Source: an uncultured Candidatus Saccharibacteria bacterium
GTDB lineage: Bacteria; Patescibacteriota; Minisyncoccia; Phycocordibacterales; UBA12088
Assembly: GCA_964521185.1 (NCBI GenBank)
Contig: CAZFRC010000002.1
Location: forward strand, 7,779-71,778
Reading direction: 5' to 3'
Length of the DNA stretch: 64,000 bases
Positions 52,733 through 64,000 of the stretch are shown here, one piece after another. The notes beneath the pieces are model-generated. The model searched no databases. It was given only the letters and a program-made list of their open reading frames with translations, and was not told where the DNA came from. Made by a program: the position numbers and the translations under genes. Position 1 is the first letter of the stretch. The number at the start of each line of letters is the position of its first letter.

Positions 52733-53563
52733 ATGATTGTGGACGGTCGCGGCATCGCACGTGCGATTCAAGAAGAACTTACCCTGACGCTCCAGCGCTC
52801 TGGACGATCGTTGTCGCTTGGAGTGTACACCATGCTTGAAGGACTTCCTTCCGATGTGCATTTGGCGATTGAAAAATTTCTAGGAATGAAAAAAAAGATG
52901 GCTGAGAACATTGGCGTCTCGTTTGTTCGATACGACTTTGAAGGGAAGAGTACTACGGATGACATTGTTTCGCATATTAATGACACCAAGTCATTGCATG
53001 ACGGCCTTATCGTGCAGTCACCAATGCCACCTCAAATCGCTATACAGACAGTGCGAAATGCCGTGCCGTATGAAAAAGACGTTGACCTTCTCGGTGAAGA
53101 AGCGAGCGCAAGGTTTTTCGCTGGCACATCAAAACTGCTTCCGCCTGTGGTTGGCGCTATTGATCAAGTGCTTACGCGACACCGCATCATTGTTTATGGG
53201 AAAGAGGTTGTGGTGGTGGGGAGCGGTATGTTAGTAGGAAAGCCAGCGGCATGTTGGTTTGAAAAAATGGGAGCACAGGTGACCGTGGTGAACCGAAAAA
53301 CACCGGACGTAAAAGCAGTTACGAAATCTGCCGATATTGTGGTCCTGGGTGCAGGAGTTCCCGGGCTTCTCACTCCCGACATGGTTCGGGATAATGTGAT
53401 AATTATCGACGCGGGGACTAGTGAAGAGGCTGGAAAACTTGTAGGAGACGCCGATCCCGCGTGCGCCGGAAAGGCTTTTTTAATGACGCCTGTTCCGGGT
53501 GGTATCGGTCCTATTACCGTAGCTCTCATATTTAAGAATCTGTTTCTTTCGCAATTGCATTAG
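52733..53563 (+). CDS. folD: Methylenetetrahydrofolate dehydrogenase/cyclohydrolase
   Basis: MIVDGR, IVQSPMP, EKDVD, VVVG.G.LVGKP, TPVPGGIGPITV. Confidence 0.93.
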   Translation: MIVDGRGIARAIQEELTLTLQRSGRSLSLGVYTMLEGLPSDVHLAIEKFLGMKKKMAENIGVSFVRYDFEGKSTTDDIVSHINDTKSLHDGLIVQSPMPPQIAIQTVRNAVPYEKDVDLLGEEASARFFAGTSKLLPPVVGAIDQVLTRHRIIVYGKEVVVVGSGMLVGKPAACWFEKMGAQVTVVNRKTPDVKAVTKSADIVVLGAGVPGLLTPDMVRDNVIIIDAGTSEEAGKLVGDADPACAGKAFLMTPVPGGIGPITVALIFKNLFLSQLH

Positions 53564-53731
53564 ATACGACCCCTGATACATAAAAGTATTTCTTTGTATC
53601 GTGTGCATAGCAAAAGCCCGCATATATCCTGAATAGGAATTCGCCATTGTTTGTGATCACGGACGCCGTTTTTTTTGAGTCGGAGAGGGTCTGTTGATAT
53701 GGAATGACAAAGGGGTATACTATCGGCACAT

Positions 53732-55042
53732 ATGTGGAACGTACGAGTTTCAGCGGCACTCCTCTTGATTTTTGGCATTGCTGTTGGCTATTTTGTCTTT
53801 TCATCCGAATCTGTTTCGAATACTCGATTTCCTTTTAAATTCGGGCTTGATTTGGTCGGAGGCACGCACTTGGTGTATCGTGCGGACACTTCGTCACTTG
53901 CAATTTCTGAAGTCGCCGCATCCATGGATGCACTTCGTGACATAATTGAGCGTCGGGTGAATCTTTTTGGTGTGTCGGAGCCGTTGGTACAAGTGGAACG
54001 CGGGAGCGTGTTATCGTCTGGTAATCCTGAAAACCGGCTTATTGTTGAACTTCCAGGGATTACTGATGTGAATGAAGCCATTCGACAAATAGGGGAAACT
54101 CCCGTACTTGAATTTAAGCTTGTGGGACTGCCTGGCTCTGACGGTGTGCCGACGTACACTGATACCGGTCTTACCGGACGATTTGTCACGGGAGCTTCGG
54201 TGCAATTTTCAAATGGCACAGGGGGCGTAGGAATTTCTGAGCCGTCGGTCTTGTTGAACTTTGATTCCGAGGGCGCTAAACGTTTTGGCGAGATTACAAA
54301 AAACAACGTGGGAAGTCAGCTTGCTATTTTCCTCGACGGAACACTATTGTCTGATCCTTTTATTCGCCAAGCAATCTTCGACGGCAGGGCATCTATTGAG
54401 GGCGGATTTACAGCCGAGGAGGCGCGGAGCCTTGCAACGAGTATCTCGTTTGGAGCGCTTCCTGTTCCGATTGAACTCATCAGCACAAACACCATCGGCG
54501 CGACGCTTGGAACGGAAACTCTCTCTGCGCTCGTGTTTGCTGCCATTGTTGGATTTGTGGCGATAGGATGTTTTATGATTCTGTGGTACCGGCTTCCGGG
54601 ACTTGTATCAGCGTTGTCGCTTTTGATATATGCCGCGATGATGCTTGCTATTGTAAAACTTGTGCCGATTACATTGACGGGGGCAGGTATCGCCGGCTTC
54701 ATTCTTTCCCTTGGTATGGCGGTTGATGCAAACGTGATTATTTTCGAACGCCTTAAAGAAGAACTTCAGACGGGAAAAACGCTGAAACGTGCGACAGAAG
54801 AAGGATTTGCGCGTGCTTGGCTTGCTATTCGAGACGGCAATGCCACCACCATCATCGCGGGCATTGTGCTGTTTTGGTTCGGATCTTCACTCGTCGAAGG
54901 ATTCGCGCTTACCCTCTCTATCGGCGTTATTCTTTCAATGGTGAGTGCCATTTCGATCACGCGCACTTTACTACTCGCTTTCTCGTTTATGGAAGATCGG
55001 CGCGTAATCCGTTGGTTATTTGGTATTGGATTTTCAAAATAA
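53732..55042 (+). CDS. secD: Protein translocase subunit SecD
   Basis: GLDLVGG, RRVNLFGVSEP, IVELPG, GMAVDANVIIFER. Confidence 0.96.
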   Translation: MWNVRVSAALLLIFGIAVGYFVFSSESVSNTRFPFKFGLDLVGGTHLVYRADTSSLAISEVAASMDALRDIIERRVNLFGVSEPLVQVERGSVLSSGNPENRLIVELPGITDVNEAIRQIGETPVLEFKLVGLPGSDGVPTYTDTGLTGRFVTGASVQFSNGTGGVGISEPSVLLNFDSEGAKRFGEITKNNVGSQLAIFLDGTLLSDPFIRQAIFDGRASIEGGFTAEEARSLATSISFGALPVPIELISTNTIGATLGTETLSALVFAAIVGFVAIGCFMILWYRLPGLVSALSLLIYAAMMLAIVKLVPITLTGAGIAGFILSLGMAVDANVIIFERLKEELQTGKTLKRATEEGFARAWLAIRDGNATTIIAGIVLFWFGSSLVEGFALTLSIGVILSMVSAISITRTLLLAFSFMEDRRVIRWLFGIGFSK

Positions 55043-55047
55043 ATCAT

Positions 55048-55962
55048 ATGTACGTCGTCCTCTATCGAAAATACTTCTACATTTTTTCCGGTGCGATGAT
55101 CGTGATTGCTTTGGCGTGTACTCTGTTGTTCGGTTTACGATTCGGCATTGATTTCACCGGCGGCGCACTCCTTGAGATCGAGTACCCAAACGGACGTCCA
55201 TCTGCGACAGACGTATCGGCGAACATCTCAAAAATACCCATTGGCACTTTCTCTCTTCGTGAATCCGGGGATGCGGGATATATTCTTCGCACACGCGATT
55301 TAACTGAAGACGAGCGCGTGGCAGTCGTAACCGCGTTGTCAGGCGGCGGCGAAGCAGTGGTAGAACAAAAACGCTACACATCAATTGGTCCAACTATCGG
55401 CGCCGAACTTCGCTCTAAAGGAGTCGTTGCGGTCGCGGTCGTCATACTATCGATTCTGCTCTATGTCGCATGGGCATTTCGAGGTGTTTCAAAACCAGTT
55501 TCCTCATGGAAATACGCAGCACTCACACTCATATCGTTGCTGCATGATGTCATTGTTCCAATCGGCTTGTTTTCCGTGCTCGGATATTTTGCGGGGGTTG
55601 AGGTCGATGCACTCTTTTTGACTGCGCTCTTGGTAACGCTCGGGTATTCCATTAACGACACGGTCATTATTTTTGACCGCATTCGAGAAAATTTAAGGAA
55701 GAATGAAGAAGCTGATCGAAAAGAGCCATTCGAGGAATTAGTAGGACGCTCGTTGTCTCAAACGTACGCACGGTCAATTAATACGTCAGTGACCACTATG
55801 ATCGCGCTCGTGGCCATTTACTTTTTCGGTGGGGAATCAACGAAACTTTTTGCACTCGCGCTCATTGCTGGCGTTGCGTCGGGCGCATATTCATCAATCG
55901 CCCTCGCCGCGCCGCTCCTGGTTACCATTGAAACATGGCAACGAAGGAGCAAAAGAACATGA
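55048..55962 (+). CDS. secF: Protein translocase subunit SecF
   Basis: GIDFTGG, IGPTIG.EL, LHDV, GYSINDTVIIFDRIRE, RSINTS. Confidence 0.96.
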   Translation: MYVVLYRKYFYIFSGAMIVIALACTLLFGLRFGIDFTGGALLEIEYPNGRPSATDVSANISKIPIGTFSLRESGDAGYILRTRDLTEDERVAVVTALSGGGEAVVEQKRYTSIGPTIGAELRSKGVVAVAVVILSILLYVAWAFRGVSKPVSSWKYAALTLISLLHDVIVPIGLFSVLGYFAGVEVDALFLTALLVTLGYSINDTVIIFDRIRENLRKNEEADRKEPFEELVGRSLSQTYARSINTSVTTMIALVAIYFFGGESTKLFALALIAGVASGAYSSIALAAPLLVTIETWQRRSKRT

Positions 55963-56516
55963 TAATCGGAATTACAGGCACTCTTGGGGCAGGGAAAGGA
56001 ACGGTTGTTGAGTATCTTATGCAGAGAGGACTTAAGCACTATGCGGTATCCGATGATTTTTTAGCGGGAGAAGCTGTCTCGCGCGGTCTTACTCCAGACC
56101 GGACGGCAAGGCGGAATATCGCGAATGAATATCGGGCAAAGAATCCTACCGCCCTTATGGAAGCGGTGTACGCTCGCGCGAGCGCTCAAACAGGAGACGA
56201 CGCGCACGTGGTGATTGAACCGCAGCATACAAAAGCAGAAGTCGAATTTATAAAAGAGAAAGGCGGGATTGTCATTGCCGTCGATGCAGATTTGCAGATT
56301 CGCTATGAACGCATCTCAAAACGCGGGAGCGCCAAGGACAATGTTACCTACGAACAATTTGTGAAGGAGCAGGCGAAAGAAATGGCATCGGAGAATCCTG
56401 ATGAAAACAATCTTACGGCGGCTATTGAAGCGGCCGATTTTTATATTTTGAATAATGGTACGATATCGGAATTATACGAAGAACTTGAAGCGATATGCCA
56501 AAAACTGAAAGTATAG
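55959..56516 (+). CDS. P-loop nucleoside-monophosphate/dephospho-CoA kinase-like protein
   Basis: IIGITGTLGAGKGTV, RYERISKR, ADFYILNNG. Confidence 0.75.
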   Translation: MIIGITGTLGAGKGTVVEYLMQRGLKHYAVSDDFLAGEAVSRGLTPDRTARRNIANEYRAKNPTALMEAVYARASAQTGDDAHVVIEPQHTKAEVEFIKEKGGIVIAVDADLQIRYERISKRGSAKDNVTYEQFVKEQAKEMASENPDENNLTAAIEAADFYILNNGTISELYEELEAICQKLKV

Positions 56517-56575
56517 GGTATACTTTGCTATAAGAGATATTGATTGCATAAGATATCTTTTGTATAACATACAGC

Positions 56576-57019
56576 ATGGGAATTGAAAATCAAATGGAGA
56601 ACCCTAGTCTGGGGGAAATAAATCCAAAACAAGAACAAGGAAAAGGAGAAGGAAGAGGAGAAGGAAAAGGACGACGATGGATTCGTGGCGCTGTTTTAGC
56701 TGCTGGCGTTGCTGCTGGCGTTGCTGCTGAGGAGGTACAAGCAGGATCGTCTAATGCAAAAGAAATTATTAACGCGGCAGAGGCGATGCAGCAAATACAA
56801 GGCTCTGCAAATATGGCAGAGCATATTATTGCAATGGCTAGAAAGGGGGAGAACTTAGAGGAAGTTAAAAGACTGTTAGCGAACGGTCTTGAGATTACCA
56901 TAGAGGCTGACATTCTCCTTGGAAACCATGCACGGGCCCGTGCAACATTCGAAGCAGTCAGACATGTTATTAGCGATCTTGACGCAGAAAGAATTTATAT
57001 ACGTTTTTTTAAAAAGTGA
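56576..57019 (+). CDS. Hypothetical exported protein
   Basis: 147 aa; RRWIR followed by an Ala-rich hydrophobic segment; low-complexity GKGE repeats. Confidence 0.55.
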   Translation: MGIENQMENPSLGEINPKQEQGKGEGRGEGKGRRWIRGAVLAAGVAAGVAAEEVQAGSSNAKEIINAAEAMQQIQGSANMAEHIIAMARKGENLEEVKRLLANGLEITIEADILLGNHARARATFEAVRHVISDLDAERIYIRFFKK

Positions 57020-57058
57020 TTTATTACGTCACGCCATTGCGTATCCTGCAGAGGATTA

Positions 57059-57751
57059 CTATTTTTCGATAATTGTTCCCACAAAAGGTTTTCCATTAAG
57101 GTAGTTGCTCAATCGGTTGAGATGTGCTCCATTCATAATGGCTACCTCGAGCGAAAGACGCTCTGCTTCTTTTGCCGCGACAGGATCAAAGGGAGATGAA
57201 AGACCCGGGTCCCATTCCTCTGGAATCAGCTTTCGAAAATCAGCCCATGTAATGCGTTCAATTTTTTCTGCATTCTGGTTTTTTCTTGGGTCGGCTGTAT
57301 ACACGTAATCAATATTAGAAAGATTGATTACGTTTTTCGCACCTCTTCGTTCGGCGATTTGAATGGCGCGAAGATCGGTCGAAGCTCCTGGACGATATCC
57401 GGCTGCAATCACAAGATGCGTGTTTTTTGGAACATCCAGCACATCGTCAGGATTGGTCACGATGACAGGATGCGCGATGTCCCGAAACACGGTTCGCACA
57501 AGATGCGCATTAAGGCGGGTTGAATGGATGCCCAGCCAGTCGAGATCTTCTCTGTCGAGGGCATAGATTTCCTTTGCGGCGTCCTGATAGTATCGTGCCG
57601 TCTTTCCACCGCCGACTATGATAATAAAATTGGTGCCCTTCGACACCTCTTCAACAACGAGATTCCTTAGATTTTTGAGAAACATTGTATCAATATTCTC
57701 TGGCACTATAAGCGATCCTCCCACAGATACGATAACAGGCGTATGTTGCAT
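57059..57751 (-). CDS. pyrH: UMP kinase (archaeal-type)
   Basis: VSVGGSLI, VGGGKTAR, GIHSTRLNA, PGASTD, DYVYTADP, PFDPVA. Confidence 0.9.
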   Translation of the reverse strand: MQHTPVIVSVGGSLIVPENIDTMFLKNLRNLVVEEVSKGTNFIIIVGGGKTARYYQDAAKEIYALDREDLDWLGIHSTRLNAHLVRTVFRDIAHPVIVTNPDDVLDVPKNTHLVIAAGYRPGASTDLRAIQIAERRGAKNVINLSNIDYVYTADPRKNQNAEKIERITWADFRKLIPEEWDPGLSSPFDPVAAKEAERLSLEVAIMNGAHLNRLSNYLNGKPFVGTIIEK

Positions 57752-57838
57752 GTGTCATAGAATATATGAATTTTTGATTATCGACCACTGGCATGTCTTT
57801 CTCCCCATACCTTAACGAACGGATCATATTACTGGGGG

Positions 57839-57867
57839 TTGACTCTTTGATGGGAGGAAGGTAGAAT
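57839..57867 (+). promoter_or_regulatory. 16S rRNA promoter
   Basis: TTGACT-17 nt-TAGAAT; boxA-like CTCGTTGAAAA downstream. Confidence 0.7.
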
Positions 57868-58057
57868 GCCTCCACTACCGAATTGTGCGGGTTTTTAATC
57901 CGCGGCCGGGAGGAAAACCCGGCGGGTAATTTGGTACTGCTCGTTGAAAACTGAATATGGAAATGCACACTAATCGAGAAAATAAGAGAAACTATGTTCT
58001 CTCTTGTTCCGTTCTCGCGTCTCATGCGAATGAGACGTTAAATAGTAAGAACCAGTT

Positions 58058-59518
<1,461 letters not shown>

Positions 59519-59707
59519 ATCGGAAAGGTCCTGTTCCAAATGTGAATAAGGACTTACCGGTCGATCTGTCCCTCGATCGAGGACAGAAGGGCAATAGCAT
59601 TGGTCCCTTCACTATGCTCGCTTGTCTATGTAAATAGACAGAGGTCGGATATGCGTACCGGCACTGGTGTTTGAACGGAACAAGAGAGAGGATGGTCTGT
59701 GTGCAGC

Positions 59708-59746
59708 AACGCGGCTTCGCCATATTAATATGGCGAAGCCGCGTTG
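59708..59746 (+). terminator. Long palindromic hairpin after 16S
   Basis: AACGCGGCTTCGCCATATT/AATATGGCGAAGCCGCGTT. Confidence 0.7.
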
Positions 59747-59786
59747 TGTTTAGATCGCATTTTTGCTACATTTTCGATACGAATTT

Positions 59787-59860
59787 GCGAGTATAGCTCA
59801 GATGGTTAGAGCGCGTCACTGATAATGACGAGGTCCCAGGTTCGAATCCTGGTACTCGCA
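59787..59860 (+). tRNA. tRNA-Ile(GAT)
   Basis: Cloverleaf; anticodon arm CGTCA-CTGATAA-TGACG; GGTTCGAATCC; CCA not encoded. Confidence 0.97.
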
Positions 59861-59907
59861 CAGAAATTCGACCGCGAGAAAATCCCTTTATTTTAGCCAG
59901 TCAAAAT

Positions 59908-60699
59908 ATGATGAATATAACAATTATAAACGATTGCCGAGATGCAAATGCCATAGGCAGACAGGTGTCTAGAGCAAGCTCGTTTTTGCATGGTCCCGTC
60001 TCTTTTGTGGGTGTTGCGAGCGATATTCAGGCCGCGGGAAATATCATTGATATTCTGGATGCCATTGAAGATAATCCGGGCGTCATTCTCGTTAACGTGG
60101 CTCCCAGAAATGGCAAAGCAAAAAAATGGCCAAACGGAACACCATTTGGATTTTTTTGGCATAAAAAGATTCTTGTGCTAGCAAGCGTGGACGGATGCAC
60201 GCTATCTCTCGTTAAAAAATTCGAACTCACAAAACATATCACCGTTCTCGATATACCAAACACGCTGGATCAACTTATCGCCGGCGGCGCTTTGCAGAAC
60301 GACGTAAAGGACTTCATCACGAGAACACAATTTCGAAGTTTTGATTTTTTGCCGCGTATTGCCACATATCTTTATCACGGGGGAACCGTAACAGGAGAAG
60401 ACCTGCCTATCGAAACTATTCCTGACGCGCCGCCAGTCGTGTGGTGGATTGATAATTTTGGAAATTGTAAGACCACCTTAGTGCAAGAAGACATGCAAAA
60501 AGAAAAACTTCGTCTTTCAGACAAGTTCAAAGACGTTCCCTATTTTGAAAGACTCAAAGATGTTCCTGACAAATCCGCCGCTTTAATTGTGGGAAGTTCT
60601 GGTCTTGGCAAGAAGAGATTTTTTGAGATCGTGGTTCAGGGCGGAAGTGCGGAGGAAATGTTTGATGTTTCTGCCGGAGAGACGGTGTTGTCTCAATGA
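59908..60699 (+). CDS. SAM hydroxide adenosyltransferase / chlorinase-fluorinase-like (DUF62) protein
   Basis: DIQAAG, VILVNVAPR, TQFRSFD, WIDNFGNCKT, SSG..FEIVVQGGSA. Confidence 0.7.
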   Translation: MMNITIINDCRDANAIGRQVSRASSFLHGPVSFVGVASDIQAAGNIIDILDAIEDNPGVILVNVAPRNGKAKKWPNGTPFGFFWHKKILVLASVDGCTLSLVKKFELTKHITVLDIPNTLDQLIAGGALQNDVKDFITRTQFRSFDFLPRIATYLYHGGTVTGEDLPIETIPDAPPVVWWIDNFGNCKTTLVQEDMQKEKLRLSDKFKDVPYFERLKDVPDKSAALIVGSSGLGKKRFFEIVVQGGSAEEMFDVSAGETVLSQ

Positions 60700-60994
60700 T
60701 CAAGACTACGTCTAACTTTTTTGCGCGCATGTATCTGCATATACGGGAGATACTTCATTGAATATCCAAATACATCCCATGATCCTTGCTCATGTTTGTT
60801 TTGGGTTATGGGTCGCGATGCCGCGCGGGTTAGATGATTGGTGAAAGATATTGTCTGACACAGAAGCACCCAGATACACTTATCGATTGCATTGGTGGCG
60901 CGGTATTCATGTCCTTGCGTGTTATCGTACGCTTTAAATCCTAGTCATTTCATCGTAGTATGCCCACAGAAAGCATGTAATTGTTCTTGATTGA

Positions 60995-61076
60995 GGGCGC
61001 GTGGCGGAACTGGTATACGCGTACGTCTCAGAAGCGTATGTCGAAAGACTTGGGAGTTCAAATCTCCCCACGCCCA
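60995..61076 (+). tRNA. tRNA-Leu(CAG)
   Basis: Anticodon arm TACGT-CTCAGAA-GCGTA, long variable arm GTCGAAAGAC, T arm GGGAG-TTCAAAT-CTCCC. Confidence 0.93.
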
Positions 61077-61195
61077 CACAGTCTTGGTAGTAAGTGGCCT
61101 CCATGCGTATTGCTTATCCATATCAAAAAACATTAGGTAGTGCGCCACGAACCTACTTCCTTGAAGGAAACAGGTTCGTGGCGCATGATAAATAA

Positions 61196-62527
61196 ATGAG
61201 TGCCGAATACAAGAATTTTTTTAAGGGGAAGCGCATTACTCTTATGGGGTTGGGACTTCTTGGTCGGGGCGTGGGAGACGCTCGGTTTTTTGCCCAGATG
61301 GGAGCAGAACTTATCGTCACTGATATTAAGGGTGCAGAAGAACTCAAGCCCTCGATCGACGTGTTACGGGACGTTCCTCATATCACTTTCCATTTAGGAG
61401 GACATGTAATAGACGATTTTCGTGGGCGCGACATCGTGATTGTCGGTCCTTCGGTGCCACACGATTCTCCGTTTGTAACAGAAGCAAGGCGAAGCGGCGC
61501 ACATGTCACCATGTCTGCTGCATTGTTTGCCAAACTCTCCAAAATTCCCATCATTGGAATTACTGGAACGAGAGGAAAGACGACCACTACTCATATGATT
61601 GCCGCTATACTAAAAGCCGATGGGTATTCCGTGCTCCTTGGTGGGAATGTGCAGGGCGTTTCAACCATCTCGTTGTTGCCAGAGACCACAAGGCCAAATC
61701 CTGTGGGAGTGCTCGAACTCGATTCGTGGCAGTTGCAAGGATTTCGTGAAGAGAAATTGTCACCTCACATCGCTGTTTTCACCACGTTTTTTCCTGATCA
61801 TCTGAATTATTACCACAATGATCTTGATGCGTACCTTGCCGACAAGGCGGAAATTTTCTTGCATCAGGATTCAACCGACACGCTTGTTGTGGGCGAACAG
61901 GCGACAACCATTTTGAAAGAGAAGTACGGCAAAAATATTCGCTCACAGGTTACCATCGCTAAAACCAACCATGTGCCACGTGAATGGAAGCTTAAAATTC
62001 CCGGAGAACACAATCGATACAATGCCGCGTGCGCTCTTTTGGCGACACGGGCGTTTGGCGCATCAGAAGATGCGACACATCAGGGTGTGGTGAATTTTAA
62101 AGGGGTGCCCGGGCGTCTTGAACGTGTGCGAGAAATCGATGGGGTTGCGTATTATAATGACACCACCGCGACTACTCCAGAAGCTACTATCGCAGGAATT
62201 CAAGCACTCTCTCCAAACGGAGAGAAAAATGTCGTGCTTATTATGGGAGGTGCCGACAAGGGATTAGACCTATCTCCCGTAATAACCATGTCGCGGGAAA
62301 TGTGTAAAAAGGTAATACTGCTTAAAGGGACGGGAACGGATCGCATTGTATCACAACTACCTGACGCCCCCCTCCACGATTCCCTCGAGTCGGCTGTCAT
62401 TGAAGCAAAAAATATAACGACGAATGGAGACGTTGTGTTATTTTCCCCTGCGTTTGCTTCGTTTGGGATGTTTGCCAACGAATATGACAGGGGAGAACAA
62501 TTTAATGCTATTGTGTCTCGGATATGA
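61196..62527 (+). CDS. murD: UDP-N-acetylmuramoyl-L-alanine--D-glutamate ligase
   Basis: GLGLLGRG, GITGTRGKTTT, ELDSWQL, DHLNY, YNDTTAT, LFSPAFASF...RG. Confidence 0.94.
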   Translation: MSAEYKNFFKGKRITLMGLGLLGRGVGDARFFAQMGAELIVTDIKGAEELKPSIDVLRDVPHITFHLGGHVIDDFRGRDIVIVGPSVPHDSPFVTEARRSGAHVTMSAALFAKLSKIPIIGITGTRGKTTTTHMIAAILKADGYSVLLGGNVQGVSTISLLPETTRPNPVGVLELDSWQLQGFREEKLSPHIAVFTTFFPDHLNYYHNDLDAYLADKAEIFLHQDSTDTLVVGEQATTILKEKYGKNIRSQVTIAKTNHVPREWKLKIPGEHNRYNAACALLATRAFGASEDATHQGVVNFKGVPGRLERVREIDGVAYYNDTTATTPEATIAGIQALSPNGEKNVVLIMGGADKGLDLSPVITMSREMCKKVILLKGTGTDRIVSQLPDAPLHDSLESAVIEAKNITTNGDVVLFSPAFASFGMFANEYDRGEQFNAIVSRI

Positions 62528-63816
62528 TGTTGCCAAAAAAAGTATACATGGTTGGCATTGGCGGCATTGGCATGTCGGCGCTTGCCCAATTTTTTAAAGC
62601 TCAAGGAATTGATGTGTCTGGATCCGACAGAAGCGCTTCACTCGTTACTGAATTATTAGAGTCAAAAGGAATTTCCGTAGCTATCGGCGGAGGAAAAGTT
62701 CCAGACGACACCGCTCTCTTGGTGTATAGTGACGCGGTTTTGGCCGATCATCCAGAGCGTATTTTTGCGCGGACAAGGAATATTCCCGAATCATCGTATT
62801 TTACATTTCTCGGAGAAGTGTCTAAAGGAATGCATACGATTGCGGTTACGGGGACACACGGAAAGACAACGACGACCGCAATGGTGGCAAAAATTTTATA
62901 CGAAGCTAAAAAAGAGCCGACTGCGATTATAGGTTCTCTCGTCGCTGATTTTGGCAGTAATTTTCTTTTAGGAAATAATGAATTGTTGGTGGTCGAGGCG
63001 TGCGAATATCGCAATCACGTGCTTGAACTCAACTATTCCATATTAGTAATGACGAATGTTGAATGGGACCATACTGATTTTTTCCTCAATCTCGAGGAAC
63101 TCAAAAATATGTTTCGTAACGCAATAGAAAAGCTACCACTACATGGTGTTTTGGTAACAAACCCAAATGACCCAGTTATTGAATCCGTGCTATTAGGGCG
63201 GCGTCTTGATATTAAGGTGGTGGATTACACGAAAGAACATGTGCCGGAATTGACGTTGATTGGAGAATTTAACAAGGCAAACGCTCGCGCCGCCAAGGCG
63301 GCGGTGCGAGCGTTTGCTCCTGATATTTCTGAATCAGCCATTGATCATTCACTTGAGACATTTCGGGGCACTTGGCGGAGATTTGAATACAAGGGGAAGA
63401 CTAAAAATGGTGCAGATGTATACGATGATTATGCGCACCATCCAACTGCTGTTCGATCCACTCTTGAGGCTGTCCGGGCAAGGTTTCCCGATAAAAAACG
63501 TATCGTTGTTTTCCATCCCCATCTTTATTCCCGTACTCGTGATCTGATGAATGATTTTGCCGCTTCGTTCGACGACGCGGATCAAGTCATCGTCGCGCCA
63601 ATATTTGCAGCTCGCGAAGAGCCAATTTCTGGAATAACAAGCGAGGCGCTTGCGGAACATATTCGTGCTCGTGGAAAAGATGCGCGGGCTTTTTCTTCTC
63701 TCGACGACGTATACACCTATCTTACAACAGACTGCGGGCTACAGACTGCAGACGTGCTTATCACCATGGGTGCGGGTGATGTCTATAAGATCGCTGAAAA
63801 AATCACACAGGGCTGA
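62524..63816 (+). CDS. murC: UDP-N-acetylmuramate--L-alanine ligase
   Basis: [46 protein letters not shown]. Confidence 0.95.
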   Translation: MMLPKKVYMVGIGGIGMSALAQFFKAQGIDVSGSDRSASLVTELLESKGISVAIGGGKVPDDTALLVYSDAVLADHPERIFARTRNIPESSYFTFLGEVSKGMHTIAVTGTHGKTTTTAMVAKILYEAKKEPTAIIGSLVADFGSNFLLGNNELLVVEACEYRNHVLELNYSILVMTNVEWDHTDFFLNLEELKNMFRNAIEKLPLHGVLVTNPNDPVIESVLLGRRLDIKVVDYTKEHVPELTLIGEFNKANARAAKAAVRAFAPDISESAIDHSLETFRGTWRRFEYKGKTKNGADVYDDYAHHPTAVRSTLEAVRARFPDKKRIVVFHPHLYSRTRDLMNDFAASFDDADQVIVAPIFAAREEPISGITSEALAEHIRARGKDARAFSSLDDVYTYLTTDCGLQTADVLITMGAGDVYKIAEKITQG

Positions 63817-63820
63817 AACT

Positions 63821-64000
63821 ATGGGAATACTTTCTATTGTCGCAACACCCATTGGTAATCTCGAAGACATCACACTTCGAGCACTTCGGATATTACGGGA
63901 GGCAGATCTAATTGCTTGCGAAGACACGCGGACGACGAAAAAACTTTTGGGGACGTATGGTATCGACACACCAACTATAAGTTTTCATGCTCACTCCGGA
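63821..64000 (+). CDS. rsmI: 16S rRNA (cytidine1402-2'-O)-methyltransferase, 3'-truncated
   Basis: Translated by hand: [37 protein letters not shown]. Confidence 0.93.
   Translation, partial: MGILSIVATPIGNLEDITLRALRILREADLIACEDTRTTKKLLGTYGIDTPTISFHAHSG

Noticed and set aside
56635-56730. Short tandem repeats (GAAGGA units; GCTGCTGGCGTT duplicated)
   Set aside because: In-frame low-complexity coding sequence (GKGE, AAGV)
60700-60945. Possible decayed membrane-protein gene (fragments ILAHVCFGLWVA and DTLIDCIGGAVF)
   Set aside because: Fragments are short and broken by stops; cannot be supported without a homology search

Overview
A 64-kb chromosomal segment of a Patescibacteria (CPR) bacterium, most likely Parcubacteria. 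The call rests on 16S signatures such as GTGCCAGCAGGAGCGGTAA and TCTTGTACTCACCGCCC, alpha2-type GlyRS, archaeal-type PyrH, and rplK not followed by rplA. Most of the window is housekeeping: secE-nusG-rplK, a folate/thymidylate cluster, ileS/glyQS/metG, rpsF-ssb-rpsR, efp, ftsK-recA, rplJL, secDF, murDC, unlinked 23S-5S and 16S-tRNA-Ile loci, and a large S-layer-like protein. No CRISPR, prophage or transposase was seen. The most interesting signals are: (1) a gene divergent from ftsK, encoding a helical-bundle plus winged-HTH protein, whose promoter and coding sequence carry 13 copies of AAA(A/G)GAC next to two perfect DnaA boxes; (2) an unidentified ~330-nt highly structured RNA behind the 5S gene; (3) a 16S without anti-Shine-Dalgarno, with many genes having -10 boxes 6-10 nt before the ATG (leaderless-like initiation); (4) an ORF-less group I intron and extra hairpins in the 23S; (5) a histidine-phosphatase domain inserted in IleRS; (6) a ~490-nt structured leader before the S-layer-like gene; (7) a very divergent EAL-like protein. 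All calls are by eye from motifs; no database searches were run.
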